64,000 nucleotides of DNA from a virus, in IMG/VR virus record IMGVR_UViG_3300027836_000007, positions 42,813 to 106,812 of that record; one strand, 5' to 3'. Under the pieces are notes generated by a model. It saw only the letters and a list, made by a program, of their open reading frames with translations. It made no database searches and was not told the DNA's origin. Position 1 is the first letter of the stretch, and every line of letters starts with the position of its first letter. Both the position numbers and the translations under genes were made by a program. Shown here in pieces: positions 25,662-37,002 of the stretch.

Positions 25662-28600
25662 TTATCGTTGCCCGAAGAATATAAGAGCAACAGGTGCTCC
25701 ATCAATTCCGCCGACGAAATTCATCTTGCTTGTTACCAAGATCTGTGTGCCGTTAGTATTACTTATCGTATTTCCAGCAATGTATATCTGGCCGGATGTT
25801 ATTGTATTTACGTTCAACGAACTTTGACCGCCACCAATTTGGGCTGTAATAAACGATTTAATTGCTTTTTGCGTTGGTACAATACTATCGCTGTTGGCTG
25901 TAAAGTATGGATCTGTACTAAATTGGGTAATTGTAGCCGATCCAACTCCTAAACTAACCGAGCCAAGTGTCAAACTCTGCAATCCTGACAAGTTAAACGC
26001 ACTAGCGTTCAATGTAGCAGTACCAGTTGACTGTTGAACTCCAAACAAGTTACCAACGTTAAAGTTACCGTCTTGGTCAGTACTTGTAAAGAACACTCGT
26101 CCACCGCCGACAAACAACTGTTGGTTAGCCGCTACAGCTTTTGTAGGATCGACATACGGATAATTAGTTGCTGAGAAGCCGCCAGTACCGATGTACAAGA
26201 AGTCATGTCCAGTTAGTCGAACGTTACTATATAGTAAGTTTGTAGTAACTTTATCGTCATGGGCAGGTGCCAATAATGTTGATATTCCTGGATTAATTTG
26301 GAATGTAGCACTATAATTACCTGGGATACCTAATATGTTAGTCACTTGAACTAGTTTGTACCATCTTTGTGTTCCGGTAATACTGTAAAACACCACGTTA
26401 CATCCTGCTTTCGGAATTTCAAATAGTCCGCTTATGTTGACAAATGTGCCTACTTGATATAAATCAGCATATCCGTCACCAGCATAACTAGCTGTCGCTG
26501 TTGTATTAGTAATACCACGATGATTGAAACTTGGATTTCCTAATGCGCCATTGCCAATACGGCCAACTAATGGCGCTGTATTAACTTTGTTAGGATCTGT
26601 TTGTGTAATAGTTGGCCCTGCAAAATATGTCATTCCACTTATTGTTGCGGCAGTTAAAGCAATAACTGTTCCGCCAGCTGTTGCTGAAATTTGAAATGTA
26701 TTTGCAGTTGGGGTTCCTTTAACAAAATAATATGTTCCAGGACTAATACCTCCAGGACTATTGTGTGCAGTACTATTAAACACAATTGGTTGATTTGCTG
26801 TTAAGTTAATAATGTTGTCAACTGTAATTGTTCCGCCACTTGCAGTACTTGTTGATACAACATTGCCTCGAGGAAAACCACTACCTGGTTCAACCATTCT
26901 AATTTCACTAACTTGATTGTTAACTACTCTTGCACGAGCACTTGGTGTTGCACCAGTATAAATTCTGGCAGCTATTTTTCCACTAGTATTAGATACCGAT
27001 ACCCACGTTGGAACTGCTCCTAGTGTTGCGTTGTTTGGATTGCCAAATGCAAGACCTAGCCAGTTGCTGGAACTTGGCATTCCGGTTGCATAGTAAGTCC
27101 AATTTACGCCGTCTGGGCTAGTTGCTACAGCTTGACTTGAAGTTGCAATTGCTACAAACAGACCTTGGCCGTAGCTAATTTTGCTCCAAGTTGTTATGCC
27201 ATTTGCAAACAATGGATTATTTGCTGTTACTACCCATGTATTATTTGCGACATTTGACGGAGTAATTGTCCACGCATTTGGTTGCCAATCAGTTGTATAA
27301 TTAATTGTACCATCGCTGGCCAGTGCTACAAATCGTCCGTTACCGTAGGCAATACTTGCCCAAGTTTTATTTGATAATGCAGCTCCAGCATACCATTTTG
27401 TTGGATCTGCTGCCGTAAACGAACTTATAGTGCTCGATGTTCCGCCAATCGCACAGAACACGCCGGCGCCGTATGCAACTGCGCTGTACCCTTGTCCACT
27501 AGTTGTAATATTAGTTGATTGGTCAGTCCATGTTGTACTTGTTAAACTACTTACAGTTCCTGGATAGTATGATACTGCTACTGCTGATGTTGTTCCACCA
27601 ACTGCTATGTATAAATTATTACCATACGCTAATGATTTAAGATTAGTTTTTCCTGTAGTACTTACAGTTGCAGTCCATGTTGTTCCTTGATCTGTACTGT
27701 ACGCCGATGAGTCGGTAGCTGTAGAAATAGCCATAAATGCTGCATTTGGATCTCTCACTGTTACTGCCGGAGTTGTAGTATAACCGTATCCTGCGTGTGA
27801 TACAGTATAACTTGTTACACCATAACCTGCTGCATTTGTATTTGTATTAGCAGTAGCAACAGCTTGTGTGCCAACGTAAGTTAATGTTACATCTGTTCCG
27901 TAGCCAGTGCTGAATACACCCGGTGCGCCCCAGCCGGATTTACCATAAATTGAGTTAGTAAATGTTGGCTTAGTTGAACTAAACGTTGTTCCTGATCCGC
28001 TAGCTAGATAAAAGTTAGTTTCGTTAGGTGATATAGTTGTATCAACTGCTGAATAATAATTTCCAGCTGTAACAGCGCCGCCTGAACTCCAACCAGTTGC
28101 AGTAAATGGAGAATCAATAGTTACTACAGGTACCGCATAATATCCTGAGCCCCATGTTGTAGCAGTAATGCTTGATACACCACTAGTAACAGCAGTAATA
28201 ATTGGAGCTGTGTAAATGCTACCAGTAATGATCATATCTACAGCTTTAATTTGTCCGTTTAAAACTCTAGCTGTTGCTGTTGCACCTGCTCCTGTTGCAT
28301 CTGTAATTACGATGGTTGGAGGAGTTGAGTAATTATAGCCGCCGTCGATAACAGTCACGCTAATAATCTGTCCAGCAGTATTTCCTGTGCCAAGAACTGC
28401 TTGGAATATTGCTCCAGATCCATTAAGACCTCCAACTACTGCGGTTGCGTTAGCGGCTTGTCCGCCACCATATACTAAACTGCTCCACTTAGAACTTGCA
28501 TCTGTAGGCAATGCTCCGCCTGCTGACCATGTTGTGCCGTCTGTTGTGTATGCTGTACTTGCAACTCCAGTTTCATTTGAGGTAGCAACAAATCTGCCTT

Positions 28601-31600
28601 GGCCGTAAGCTACACTAGCCCATGTTGTAGTAGCAGCCGCAGTCATTGTAACTGCTACTTTATCATATCCAGGGCCCGTGTAAGATAATGCTGGTTCAAT
28701 AACATAAGCAGATGTAGCATCTAATATTGCATTAACTGTTTGTCCCGGTACTACATGATCCCATCCTGCTTCGTACACTGGAACACTCACTGTACCAGTT
28801 AATGTTGTACTTGCTAAGTTTTGACTTACACTTACTCTCCAAGTTGATCCAGCACCACTGCCTGATATGTTAGAAGAAATATAAGTGTTAGGTAATATTG
28901 ATCCGCCAGTTAAACGCATTCCTGGATAAATTACGCCAGAGCTTAATGTTCCTACAGTTAATACAGATCCAACAATAAGCGAACTTGGCATTACTGCTGG
29001 TGTTGCACTGGTTGCGGTTAATGTAATATCAGTACCAGCAAGAGCATTTACTAATGTTGTAGCAAGTCTAAATGTTGTACTAGTAAAACTTGTTACACTT
29101 ACAAAGTATACTGTAGGTAAATATCCACCATCAAGCAGGCTTAACCCTGCGATTGCCGCGCCCATGTATATTGGTTGTCCTACATACATAGTAGCTGTAC
29201 TAGCCACAGTAAATACTGTAGTATTATTTGTTGTAATTGTTAATGTTGCAAAACTTGGACGGATTATATTGGTAAATTTGTCTGCTTGTCTATATCCAAT
29301 AATATTTGCAAACTGGCCTACTCCAGTACCGCCTATAATTTGAATTCTCATTCCAATATATGCTGAACTTAACTGAATGTCAGAGTTAGCAATATTTACG
29401 CTACCAACTGCACCAACCTGTGCCACGTTTGCCGCTGTTAGATAATTAGATCCTCCAATTCCTTGACCGTTATCTAAGTCAACTAATCGTGTTTCAAATA
29501 CTGCTGAGTCACGGAATTCATCATGTATCGGTACAATGTTGTAACCAGAACCGTTAAGAGTTGGCAAGGCATTTGTATAATGATTACCTGCATTTTGGAA
29601 TTCTAGTCGTAGAATTTTATCAGTACTGTCAGTTACCACGTTTGTAACGTATGCTGGATTACCACGGTTATTTAATCTGCCAACAATTGGAGCTTCGTAA
29701 CTGTCGATACCTTCAGCAATAACACCGTATGTACCGTATGAACTGTTACCGTTTGTAGCACGGATACGTCCACCGTATTCTGCCATGTAGCCTGCGTATG
29801 AGTAATATGCAAACACAGATACAAGTTCTGTTAATGCTCCACTACCAGTACACCATACACCGAAACCGTCACTGATAATAGTTGTGTAGTCGTTAGCAAC
29901 AATAGATTTGTTACCACCGTTGTGTAATGCAGCGTCAATTTTCATGCCTGAACAACCTGCACCAAACAATGTTAAGTTTTGTGTGTAAGGTGAACGGAAA
30001 CTAATCCATGCATTAGCATCGTTTGGTCCAAATCCTGCGTCAAGACTTGAGTACGATCCTGCTGTTGGACGTCTAGTTCCTAATGCATTAGGTAATGACA
30101 TTGCTCCGGTCATACCGTTTAATGTCATATTTCTTAAACCAGAACCGTTACGTAGATGGAACAAATCGGTTGTTTGTGCGCCGGCTTGTGCTGTATTATA
30201 TAATCGTGCAGAACGAGTTGAAGCATAATTTCCTGTTATACCTAAATCATAAACTAAACCATCGATATGATATACTGCATCTCGGATGGCTTGTGCTGTA
30301 CGGATATAATAAACTACTGACATTGATCCAGTAGCACCTGTTAACATTTTAACAACTTGAATTCCTTTTCCGGGAGGAGTTGTTGTAATAGTAAATGTTG
30401 ATGCAGACGGTGTAGACAACACCCAATATACAGTGCCTATTTCTATTGCAGTGTCAAAAGCTACAGCTGATAAACTAGGTGGAATAATTGGAGTATCAAA
30501 CACCACTGGATCACCTACATCAAAACAATGCGGTGCTGAGCAAGTAATTGTTCCGTTACTATTAGTAGTTGTTACGGTCCCGCCAAATACTGAGCGCACA
30601 TATTCAACTGCTTCGGTTGCCAAGAATGTTTTATTAGCACGAATTAGTTCAGCACCATTGATTGTAGTCAATGTGTTGTTATAACCAGTTGCTTTTTCGT
30701 ATGTTCCAAACGCATTATTCCATGGTTGAATTGTACCATTAGTAATTTTATCATTAATACCTTGATTTGTTGGCATACCTGCGGTGCAAGTTGCTGTTAA
30801 ACTTCCAACAGTATTAGTAATTGCAAACGCTGTTCCACTCTTATATGATTCAGTAACTGTAATAGTTGTGCCAGCTGCAGGATATGTTCCAGCAGTTACA
30901 CTATTAATCCAGTATTGTGCGCCATTTACTAAACCACCAGCTGCATTAAAGTTTGCTGTTAGTGCTAATCCTGTAGCATCAGTTAATGTTAAAGCTGTTC
31001 CACCAAAAGTTGTGGCGATAGTAATTGCGCTAGCACTGGCTGTGTTAACATAATAAACTTGATTAGAAATAATACTAGATTGTGTTGTAGTAGCTTGCGG
31101 AGTAAATCCTGTAAACCAAACTTTTTGTCCAACTACTACACCCAATGACGCTACTGTGTCGCCAAGTGTGATTGAACTGCTAGAAATTGTAGTTGCAGTT
31201 GTAGTAATATTTGCTGGTAAACCAGTGAATGTAATTGGCATATCAACTAACATGCCTTTATTACTAGAAACAGTAATTAAGTTTGTGCTTGTAGTTACAG
31301 TTGTTACAGGAATAGTTGGTCCACTTGCTGTAATATCTGTATTTAAACCAAGGCCGCCGTAAATACCGTAAACCACTGCTGTCATTGCACCAGTTGCTGT
31401 CTGAGTGATAGAAAATACAGGTCCAAGATAAGTTGTGCTTACTGTAAACTGTGTTGAACTCAGCACTTGTTTAATATAATACGTTCCGGCTTCTAAACTA
31501 TTAATTTTTGGTCCAGTAATAGTAATAACTAGTCCAGGAACGAAACCACTTGTAGTACCTGCGGTAAGAACATCATTATATGTATTTCCGTTTAATATTA

Positions 31601-34600
31601 TGCTAGTAGTTGCGCTAATGATAGAAGTTGTTGTTGAGCTGACTGATTGATTATAATTTAATAACCAATTTGTTCCGCTACCTGAGACAATACTTGTTCC
31701 AACCGCGATACCAGTTCCGCTCAATTGCATTCCAACCGCAATTGTACCTGTTACTGAACTATTAACTACTAATTGTGTGCCAGTTATTGTTCCATTGAAT
31801 GTTGCAGTTGTTGTAGGTTGGCCAAAAATTTGTGCAATCATTTCGTCAACAACAGTTTGTGTTTGTATTACAGAACCGTTTGAAGCAATAATTTTAACAC
31901 GTTCGCCAATAAAACCAAGTGCGCCATATGTTGAATCTGCTAACGATGTATGCAATGTTGCAACTGATGGAACTAACCTGTTATATGAACGTCCTGCTTG
32001 GATACTTTGGAAGTTACTGCCAAACAATACGTCATATGCCATGGCTGATACAACATAACCTGCGTCGCGATTTGTCAATACTAAGATAGGACTTTCATTT
32101 TGATAGAATCGTGTTACCCATGATTGAGCATCGTTGGCTATTTCTGCAGCACGAGCTTGAATTGCATCATAAGATGCTCTATTTGCTGTAGTTGCTAGTG
32201 CGTATGCTCCAGATGTTACTGGTGTAAAGATGTTAGTAGAGCCTGTTGCAGTGGCTGTTTGACTTGGGCCTAGTAACGAATAAGTACCTGCGCCGCCATA
32301 TGTTGAGCCAGTTAGTTGAGTGCCAATATAAGTTCCTGAAGCAACTGTGCCGCCCGTAACAATTTCTCCAGGCTGGATGCCGCCTGTTACTGAGCTAGCT
32401 GTTAGTGTATTACCACTTATTGTTCCGGTAAATGTTGCGCCTGACTCAGCGAAATTGCCTTGGTATATCCAAGTAACTACATTGCCTACACGATTTGCGG
32501 CAAACGCAGCCGCGGCAACCGAGCCTGCAGTTCCTGTTGTGTACTGTGTAGTTGTATTTCCTGAACTACGTGTAATTGCTGTCTTTAAAACAATTTCTCC
32601 AATAATTGTTTCTAAACGACCTAACGCCCTAAGTACACCATTTAAATATGGAGCAAATAATTGAGGTGTATTTAGACTATAGTATGAGCTACCTACAATT
32701 AACGACTGTGTGTTACAACCGTATGTCATATCGTAACAAACTGCATCTAGAATGAATCCTAAATCTCGTTTTGTTTCTGCTTGATAAGTTGGGCTGTAAT
32801 TTACCCACGCCTCAGGTCCTGTTAGGGTAAGATCGGTGTTTAAATAAGCAACAATTTCATCTTTAATAAACTGATAGTTAGCTTTTATCAAAGCTACTGC
32901 ATCTCCGTACCCTGGTAGAAAAGTAGTATTATAGCCAGTAACTGTTGGCATACTAATTGCTGGTTCGTATGGAAGGCCGTTAGGGTAGTTAGGATTTACT
33001 GGCCCAGTAATAACTCCGCCAGCTGAAAACATATCTTGAATAATCTTAGTGTTATTAACTACAAGATTAACCGCAGGAAGATTTCCTCTGTCACCAACTG
33101 TTGCTGGTAACGTGCCTAAATTAGCTGAAATACTACCAAGTACATAACTAATAGAATCAATAGAATCTCTAGTAGCTTGAAGTTGTTTTCCAGCAATCAG
33201 TCGTTGAGCTGATACGTTTGCTCTGTAAAATGCACGGCCTGCTACAATACTAAAGTAATTAGTACCCAACAACATGTCATAAGATAGTGCATCGATAATA
33301 GTGCCTGCATCGCGATATGTTAAAGCAAGATCATCTACAACACTTGGATATTGTACAGATACAAATGTTCTAATTTGTGTCTGAATGTAAGCTCTTCTTG
33401 ATTGAATATCTGTGTAAGCTGCTAAGTTTGCAGCACTTTGCCAAGACAACGCTGGAAGAACTGTACTTGCTAGGCCAGCGCCTGTACTTAAACTGCCACC
33501 GCTTGCTGGAGTGTTGGTACCGTTAATCCAATTAATAACATTTTTAACCAATGCTTGAGCATACAAAGCGGCGTTAGCAAATGGTCCAACTACGCTTAAT
33601 ACCTGAGTTCCGTTATTATTTGCAGATGGTGTCCAACCAGATGTTGTACCGTTTACAATATAAGGAATAATACTTTCTACACGAGTTAGTGCCGCTGTAG
33701 TACCAGCAATAATTGCTGCACTTGTTAATGTATTGTTTGTTAATGACCAGTAAGCTAGTCCATCAATTTGACTTTGTGTGTTTCCACCATAAGTTAAATC
33801 GTACATAACTGATTGTAGTAAGAAAGCAATATCTCGCAAAGTTTGACTTTGTTGTCCTGCTGACAATGCGCTCCAGCTGAATCCGCCGCCTGTATAAGTT
33901 TCTAAATAAGCTGCAATTTCTCTTTGTAGAAATAACACGTTGGCACTAATGTTTGTAACAGCAGAATTGTAACCAGTTGTTGCGCCAGTAACGTTTCCAG
34001 TATAGCCAGCAACTCCTAATCCTGTTACAGAGTAGGCTGTGTTAGTTAAACTTGTACCAAAACCTGTTGGCGTTGATAATGTTTGTGATCCTGCGCCACT
34101 TACAGTATAACTAGCAGTACTTGTAGTAACAGTTGCTAGAGCGTATCCTGGCAGAGCAGTTAATCCATTAGTTAAAATATTTTGTAAAGTTTCTACATTT
34201 GTTACAATACTTTGTGTAGTAGTTGCAAGTGTTTGTGCGCTGCCATTGATATATTTTTGTGTAGCAGTAACACCTGTAGTAGTTCTAACTGGCACATTGT
34301 TTACAATAGCAGGTATCAATTGTTGAATACGACGAATTGCAGATGTAGTTTTTGGTTTATCTGTGCCTAGATACGGTTGTGCTGGTGCTACTTGTACGAT
34401 AGTACTACGTAATTCGTCGCCAACAACAGCAGTATCTATAGGAACTACTATTGGACCATATTCATTGTACGTACCAGTTTTTAAATATATGGTTGCATGT
34501 GGACGAGATAACTGAGGAATATTTCCGTATGATTTATTAACTAGCGAACTGGTAATGATGTTTAACAAATTTTGTGAAGTCGTTAATGCACTAGTTTCTA

Positions 34601-36947
34601 TAGTGGTTGTAACAACTCCAGTTGTGTTTTGAACAGCACAACTTGTTGCCGTAATTCCATTTATTGTTTGATAGTTATTTGTAGGAGCACTGTTAGTTAA
34701 TACTGCTGTCAACAATGTGTCTTTTAAGTATATTAAACTTCCTGCAAAAACAGGAGATTGTTGTGTAGTACCAGTGCCAGTAAAACTTGTTAATGTTTTA
34801 AAGTATGCTTTTGTAGCAGTTATACTGTATAAATTACTGCCGTGTGTTAAGTCGAAAATAATTCCGTCAATTACAGTTCCAGTATCACGTTCTGCTTTAC
34901 TTTGTGTATAGTTAAATCTTGCTATAGAGGCTGTTCCATCACTAGGAGTAACTGAAAGAACTATGCCGTTTTGATATTCCGTGCTAACTGTAAATGTTGT
35001 ACTTGATGGAATAGTATTAACATAATATACAGTTCCGATAGTCACGCCACCAGTTGCGGCAGAAAATGTAATAGGCATGCCATAATACATGTTGGCAGTA
35101 GTTGTTTGACTGGTAGTACTTGAACCACCTACTATAAATGTACTTCCGCTTCCGCTTGTGCCAGTTACATTAAACGAATATTGATTTAAGATGAATTGAT
35201 TTACTTCTTTAATCATAAACTGTTTATTAATTTTCAATGCTTGCCCTGCATTGTAATTTAAATAACCTTCTTCAACTTGACGGCAAGCATATAATAAAGT
35301 TAACCATGGCTTGTCTAAAGTTAGACCTTGGCCGTTTCCGGCAGAATCTTTACCACTTGGAGCAACATATACAACGTTTTCAAGCTCGCCGTAGTATTTC
35401 CAAACTGGTTGGTCGCCGTCGACTCGCAATACCTGACCATCTGTACCGATTGGTAAGCGTACTGGGCCATCGGCTCCATAATATACCATGTCACCCTGGG
35501 TAGTTAATGCACCAGTGTCTGCTCCGCTGGCTAAAATATTCCAGAATGTTGAATTTGTATCGCTAAGAGGATCGTTAACACCTGTAGAACCAACGTGAGC
35601 ACTAATACAAATAAAGCTACTGTTTCCATAGTATACTGCATCTCCTGCAACATAAGTTATACCAGTTTTCCATGTTGCTGCATATCCAGATGCAACACTA
35701 ACTGTTGCAATAGGACCGGTTGCGCCGCCGCCTGAAATAGTTGCTACTTTAACAACTAAATCGTTACCTGGGCTCGAACCTCCTAGATTGCTACCTAAGA
35801 TTTTTAATGTATCATCAACTGTATAACCTGTTCCTGCTGTACTACCGATGACTGCTGAATAAGCAGTGCCAGTACGAGTTACAGTAAATGTTGGACTTCC
35901 ACTGCCTGTTGCTGTCACATTACTACTAGAAATATTTGTATAGTTTGTGTTAGCTGCAGAGTTCCAACGAATGCCAGAACTTAATTGTCCCCAACTTACG
36001 CTTGGAGGTTTTGAAGCTAAATTATCTTCTTTTGCTACGTAACTAAATGCTCCTAATGTTACAATGTTACCAATTTTGTAACTTGTACCGGTATCCCATT
36101 CGCCAGAATAATTTAATCCAGATGTAAATACTTTCCAATATAAAGTAGCTGTACTTGGTGTTTGAGGACTAGCAGATGTGCTGTTTTGTATTGCAGTATA
36201 TGAGTAGCCGCCGTATGTTACAACATCGCCAGTTTGATAATCATTAGTAGCACTCCAAGATCCTTCAAATTGGAATCCGTTAACAAATACAGCAAAATTT
36301 ACAGTGTCAATACTTGTACCCGTTGATGTATGGTATGCTGTACAAATCCATAGATCAGGACCAAATTTAACAACATCATTTAATTTGTAGCGTACACTAC
36401 TACCACTCCAATCACCTAGATAGGTAATACTTTGATTAAAGATGTCCCATTTGCTTAAATCATTTTCTAAGCCCGATGAAGCAGTTGAAGCTGACGTATG
36501 TTGAGTCTTACATACATAAGTGCTCCCACCGTAATAAATTAAATCACGAACTTTATATCGTGTACTTGTAGACCACGCACCTAGCCATTTAAATCCTGCA
36601 GAAAACAAGTCCCATTTGCTTTGATCATCTTCCAAAAATGCTTGGCTAGTATGCGCTGTTTTACAAATGTATACTGTTCCACCCCAAATGACAATATCTC
36701 CTAAATTATAATAGGTAGTTGCAGCCCAGTCATTGCGCCACGTTGTGCCATCAGCAATTAGATTCCACTTTGTAATTCCAACGCCGCCTGCTAAATCTGT
36801 AGCAAAAGCAGCCGACGAAGCGTGGCTAATTACACAAATGTAAGTTTTTCCACCGTTTGTAACAATGTCGTCAACAAGATAGTTGCGACTTGTTGTCCAT
36901 GTACCTTGGTACACAAACTTAATTCTACCTAATTTAAATTCTGCCAT
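25662..36947 (-). CDS. Giant multidomain tail fibre/appendage protein (3761 aa)
   Basis: N-terminal W..Y...D.V..GG..Y.C repeats, an interrupted pectin-lyase-like beta-helix, RD.G..DA..YD..G.N helical repeats, W.S.AYG.G.FVA propeller repeats, and C-terminal HDFLYIGTG...GRVFFTSTDQDGNF. Confidence 0.85.
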   Translation of the reverse strand: MAEFKLGRIKFVYQGTWTTSRNYLVDDIVTNGGKTYICVISHASSAAFATDLAGGVGITKWNLIADGTTWRNDWAATTYYNLGDIVIWGGTVYICKTAHTSQAFLEDDQSKWDLFSAGFKWLGAWSTSTRYKVRDLIYYGGSTYVCKTQHTSASTASSGLENDLSKWDIFNQSITYLGDWSGSSVRYKLNDVVKFGPDLWICTAYHTSTGTSIDTVNFAVFVNGFQFEGSWSATNDYQTGDVVTYGGYSYTAIQNSTSASPQTPSTATLYWKVFTSGLNYSGEWDTGTSYKIGNIVTLGAFSYVAKEDNLASKPPSVSWGQLSSGIRWNSAANTNYTNISSSNVTATGSGSPTFTVTRTGTAYSAVIGSTAGTGYTVDDTLKILGSNLGGSSPGNDLVVKVATISGGGATGPIATVSVASGYAATWKTGITYVAGDAVYYGNSSFICISAHVGSTGVNDPLSDTNSTFWNILASGADTGALTTQGDMVYYGADGPVRLPIGTDGQVLRVDGDQPVWKYYGELENVVYVAPSGKDSAGNGQGLTLDKPWLTLLYACRQVEEGYLNYNAGQALKINKQFMIKEVNQFILNQYSFNVTGTSGSGSTFIVGGSSTTSQTTTANMYYGMPITFSAATGGVTIGTVYYVNTIPSSTTFTVSTEYQNGIVLSVTPSDGTASIARFNYTQSKAERDTGTVIDGIIFDLTHGSNLYSITATKAYFKTLTSFTGTGTTQQSPVFAGSLIYLKDTLLTAVLTNSAPTNNYQTINGITATSCAVQNTTGVVTTTIETSALTTSQNLLNIITSSLVNKSYGNIPQLSRPHATIYLKTGTYNEYGPIVVPIDTAVVGDELRSTIVQVAPAQPYLGTDKPKTTSAIRRIQQLIPAIVNNVPVRTTTGVTATQKYINGSAQTLATTTQSIVTNVETLQNILTNGLTALPGYALATVTTSTASYTVSGAGSQTLSTPTGFGTSLTNTAYSVTGLGVAGYTGNVTGATTGYNSAVTNISANVLFLQREIAAYLETYTGGGFSWSALSAGQQSQTLRDIAFLLQSVMYDLTYGGNTQSQIDGLAYWSLTNNTLTSAAIIAGTTAALTRVESIIPYIVNGTTSGWTPSANNNGTQVLSVVGPFANAALYAQALVKNVINWINGTNTPASGGSLSTGAGLASTVLPALSWQSAANLAAYTDIQSRRAYIQTQIRTFVSVQYPSVVDDLALTYRDAGTIIDALSYDMLLGTNYFSIVAGRAFYRANVSAQRLIAGKQLQATRDSIDSISYVLGSISANLGTLPATVGDRGNLPAVNLVVNNTKIIQDMFSAGGVITGPVNPNYPNGLPYEPAISMPTVTGYNTTFLPGYGDAVALIKANYQFIKDEIVAYLNTDLTLTGPEAWVNYSPTYQAETKRDLGFILDAVCYDMTYGCNTQSLIVGSSYYSLNTPQLFAPYLNGVLRALGRLETIIGEIVLKTAITRSSGNTTTQYTTGTAGSVAAAAFAANRVGNVVTWIYQGNFAESGATFTGTISGNTLTASSVTGGIQPGEIVTGGTVASGTYIGTQLTGSTYGGAGTYSLLGPSQTATATGSTNIFTPVTSGAYALATTANRASYDAIQARAAEIANDAQSWVTRFYQNESPILVLTNRDAGYVVSAMAYDVLFGSNFQSIQAGRSYNRLVPSVATLHTSLADSTYGALGFIGERVKIIASNGSVIQTQTVVDEMIAQIFGQPTTTATFNGTITGTQLVVNSSVTGTIAVGMQLSGTGIAVGTSIVSGSGTNWLLNYNQSVSSTTTSIISATTSIILNGNTYNDVLTAGTTSGFVPGLVITITGPKINSLEAGTYYIKQVLSSTQFTVSTTYLGPVFSITQTATGAMTAVVYGIYGGLGLNTDITASGPTIPVTTVTTSTNLITVSSNKGMLVDMPITFTGLPANITTTATTISSSSITLGDTVASLGVVVGQKVWFTGFTPQATTTQSSIISNQVYYVNTASASAITIATTFGGTALTLTDATGLALTANFNAAGGLVNGAQYWINSVTAGTYPAAGTTITVTESYKSGTAFAITNTVGSLTATCTAGMPTNQGINDKITNGTIQPWNNAFGTYEKATGYNNTLTTINGAELIRANKTFLATEAVEYVRSVFGGTVTTTNSNGTITCSAPHCFDVGDPVVFDTPIIPPSLSAVAFDTAIEIGTVYWVLSTPSASTFTITTTPPGKGIQVVKMLTGATGSMSVVYYIRTAQAIRDAVYHIDGLVYDLGITGNYASTRSARLYNTAQAGAQTTDLFHLRNGSGLRNMTLNGMTGAMSLPNALGTRRPTAGSYSSLDAGFGPNDANAWISFRSPYTQNLTLFGAGCSGMKIDAALHNGGNKSIVANDYTTIISDGFGVWCTGSGALTELVSVFAYYSYAGYMAEYGGRIRATNGNSSYGTYGVIAEGIDSYEAPIVGRLNNRGNPAYVTNVVTDSTDKILRLEFQNAGNHYTNALPTLNGSGYNIVPIHDEFRDSAVFETRLVDLDNGQGIGGSNYLTAANVAQVGAVGSVNIANSDIQLSSAYIGMRIQIIGGTGVGQFANIIGYRQADKFTNIIRPSFATLTITTNNTTVFTVASTATMYVGQPIYMGAAIAGLSLLDGGYLPTVYFVSVTSFTSTTFRLATTLVNALAGTDITLTATSATPAVMPSSLIVGSVLTVGTLSSGVIYPGMRLTGGSILPNTYISSNISGSGAGSTWRVSVSQNLASTTLTGTVSVPVYEAGWDHVVPGQTVNAILDATSAYVIEPALSYTGPGYDKVAVTMTAAATTTWASVAYGQGRFVATSNETGVASTAYTTDGTTWSAGGALPTDASSKWSSLVYGGGQAANATAVVGGLNGSGAIFQAVLGTGNTAGQIISVTVIDGGYNYSTPPTIVITDATGAGATATARVLNGQIKAVDMIITGSIYTAPIITAVTSGVSSITATTWGSGYYAVPVVTIDSPFTATGWSSGGAVTAGNYYSAVDTTISPNETNFYLASGSGTTFSSTKPTFTNSIYGKSGWGAPGVFSTGYGTDVTLTYVGTQAVATANTNTNAAGYGVTSYTVSHAGYGYTTTPAVTVRDPNAAFMAISTATDSSAYSTDQGTTWTATVSTTGKTNLKSLAYGNNLYIAVGGTTSAVAVSYYPGTVSSLTSTTWTDQSTNITTSGQGYSAVAYGAGVFCAIGGTSSTISSFTAADPTKWYAGAALSNKTWASIAYGNGRFVALASDGTINYTTDWQPNAWTITPSNVANNTWVVTANNPLFANGITTWSKISYGQGLFVAIATSSQAVATSPDGVNWTYYATGMPSSSNWLGLAFGNPNNATLGAVPTWVSVSNTSGKIAARIYTGATPSARARVVNNQVSEIRMVEPGSGFPRGNVVSTSTASGGTITVDNIINLTANQPIVFNSTAHNSPGGISPGTYYFVKGTPTANTFQISATAGGTVIALTAATISGMTYFAGPTITQTDPNKVNTAPLVGRIGNGALGNPSFNHRGITNTTATASYAGDGYADLYQVGTFVNISGLFEIPKAGCNVVFYSITGTQRWYKLVQVTNILGIPGNYSATFQINPGISTLLAPAHDDKVTTNLLYSNVRLTGHDFLYIGTGGFSATNYPYVDPTKAVAANQQLFVGGGRVFFTSTDQDGNFNVGNLFGVQQSTGTATLNASAFNLSGLQSLTLGSVSLGVGSATITQFSTDPYFTANSDSIVPTQKAIKSFITAQIGGGQSSLNVNTITSGQIYIAGNTISNTNGTQILVTSKMNFVGGIDGAPVALIFFGQR

Positions 36948-36967
36948 TTTATATCATCCTCTGATAG

Positions 36968-36974
36968 TATTTAT
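36968..36974 (-). promoter_or_regulatory. Putative late promoter (ATAAATA) for the 3761-aa gene
   Basis: Minus strand GATAAATACTATCAGAGGATGATATAAAATG. Confidence 0.7.
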
Positions 36975-37002
36975 CTTTGTTGTATCTTAAGGTTTTCAAA
37001 CG

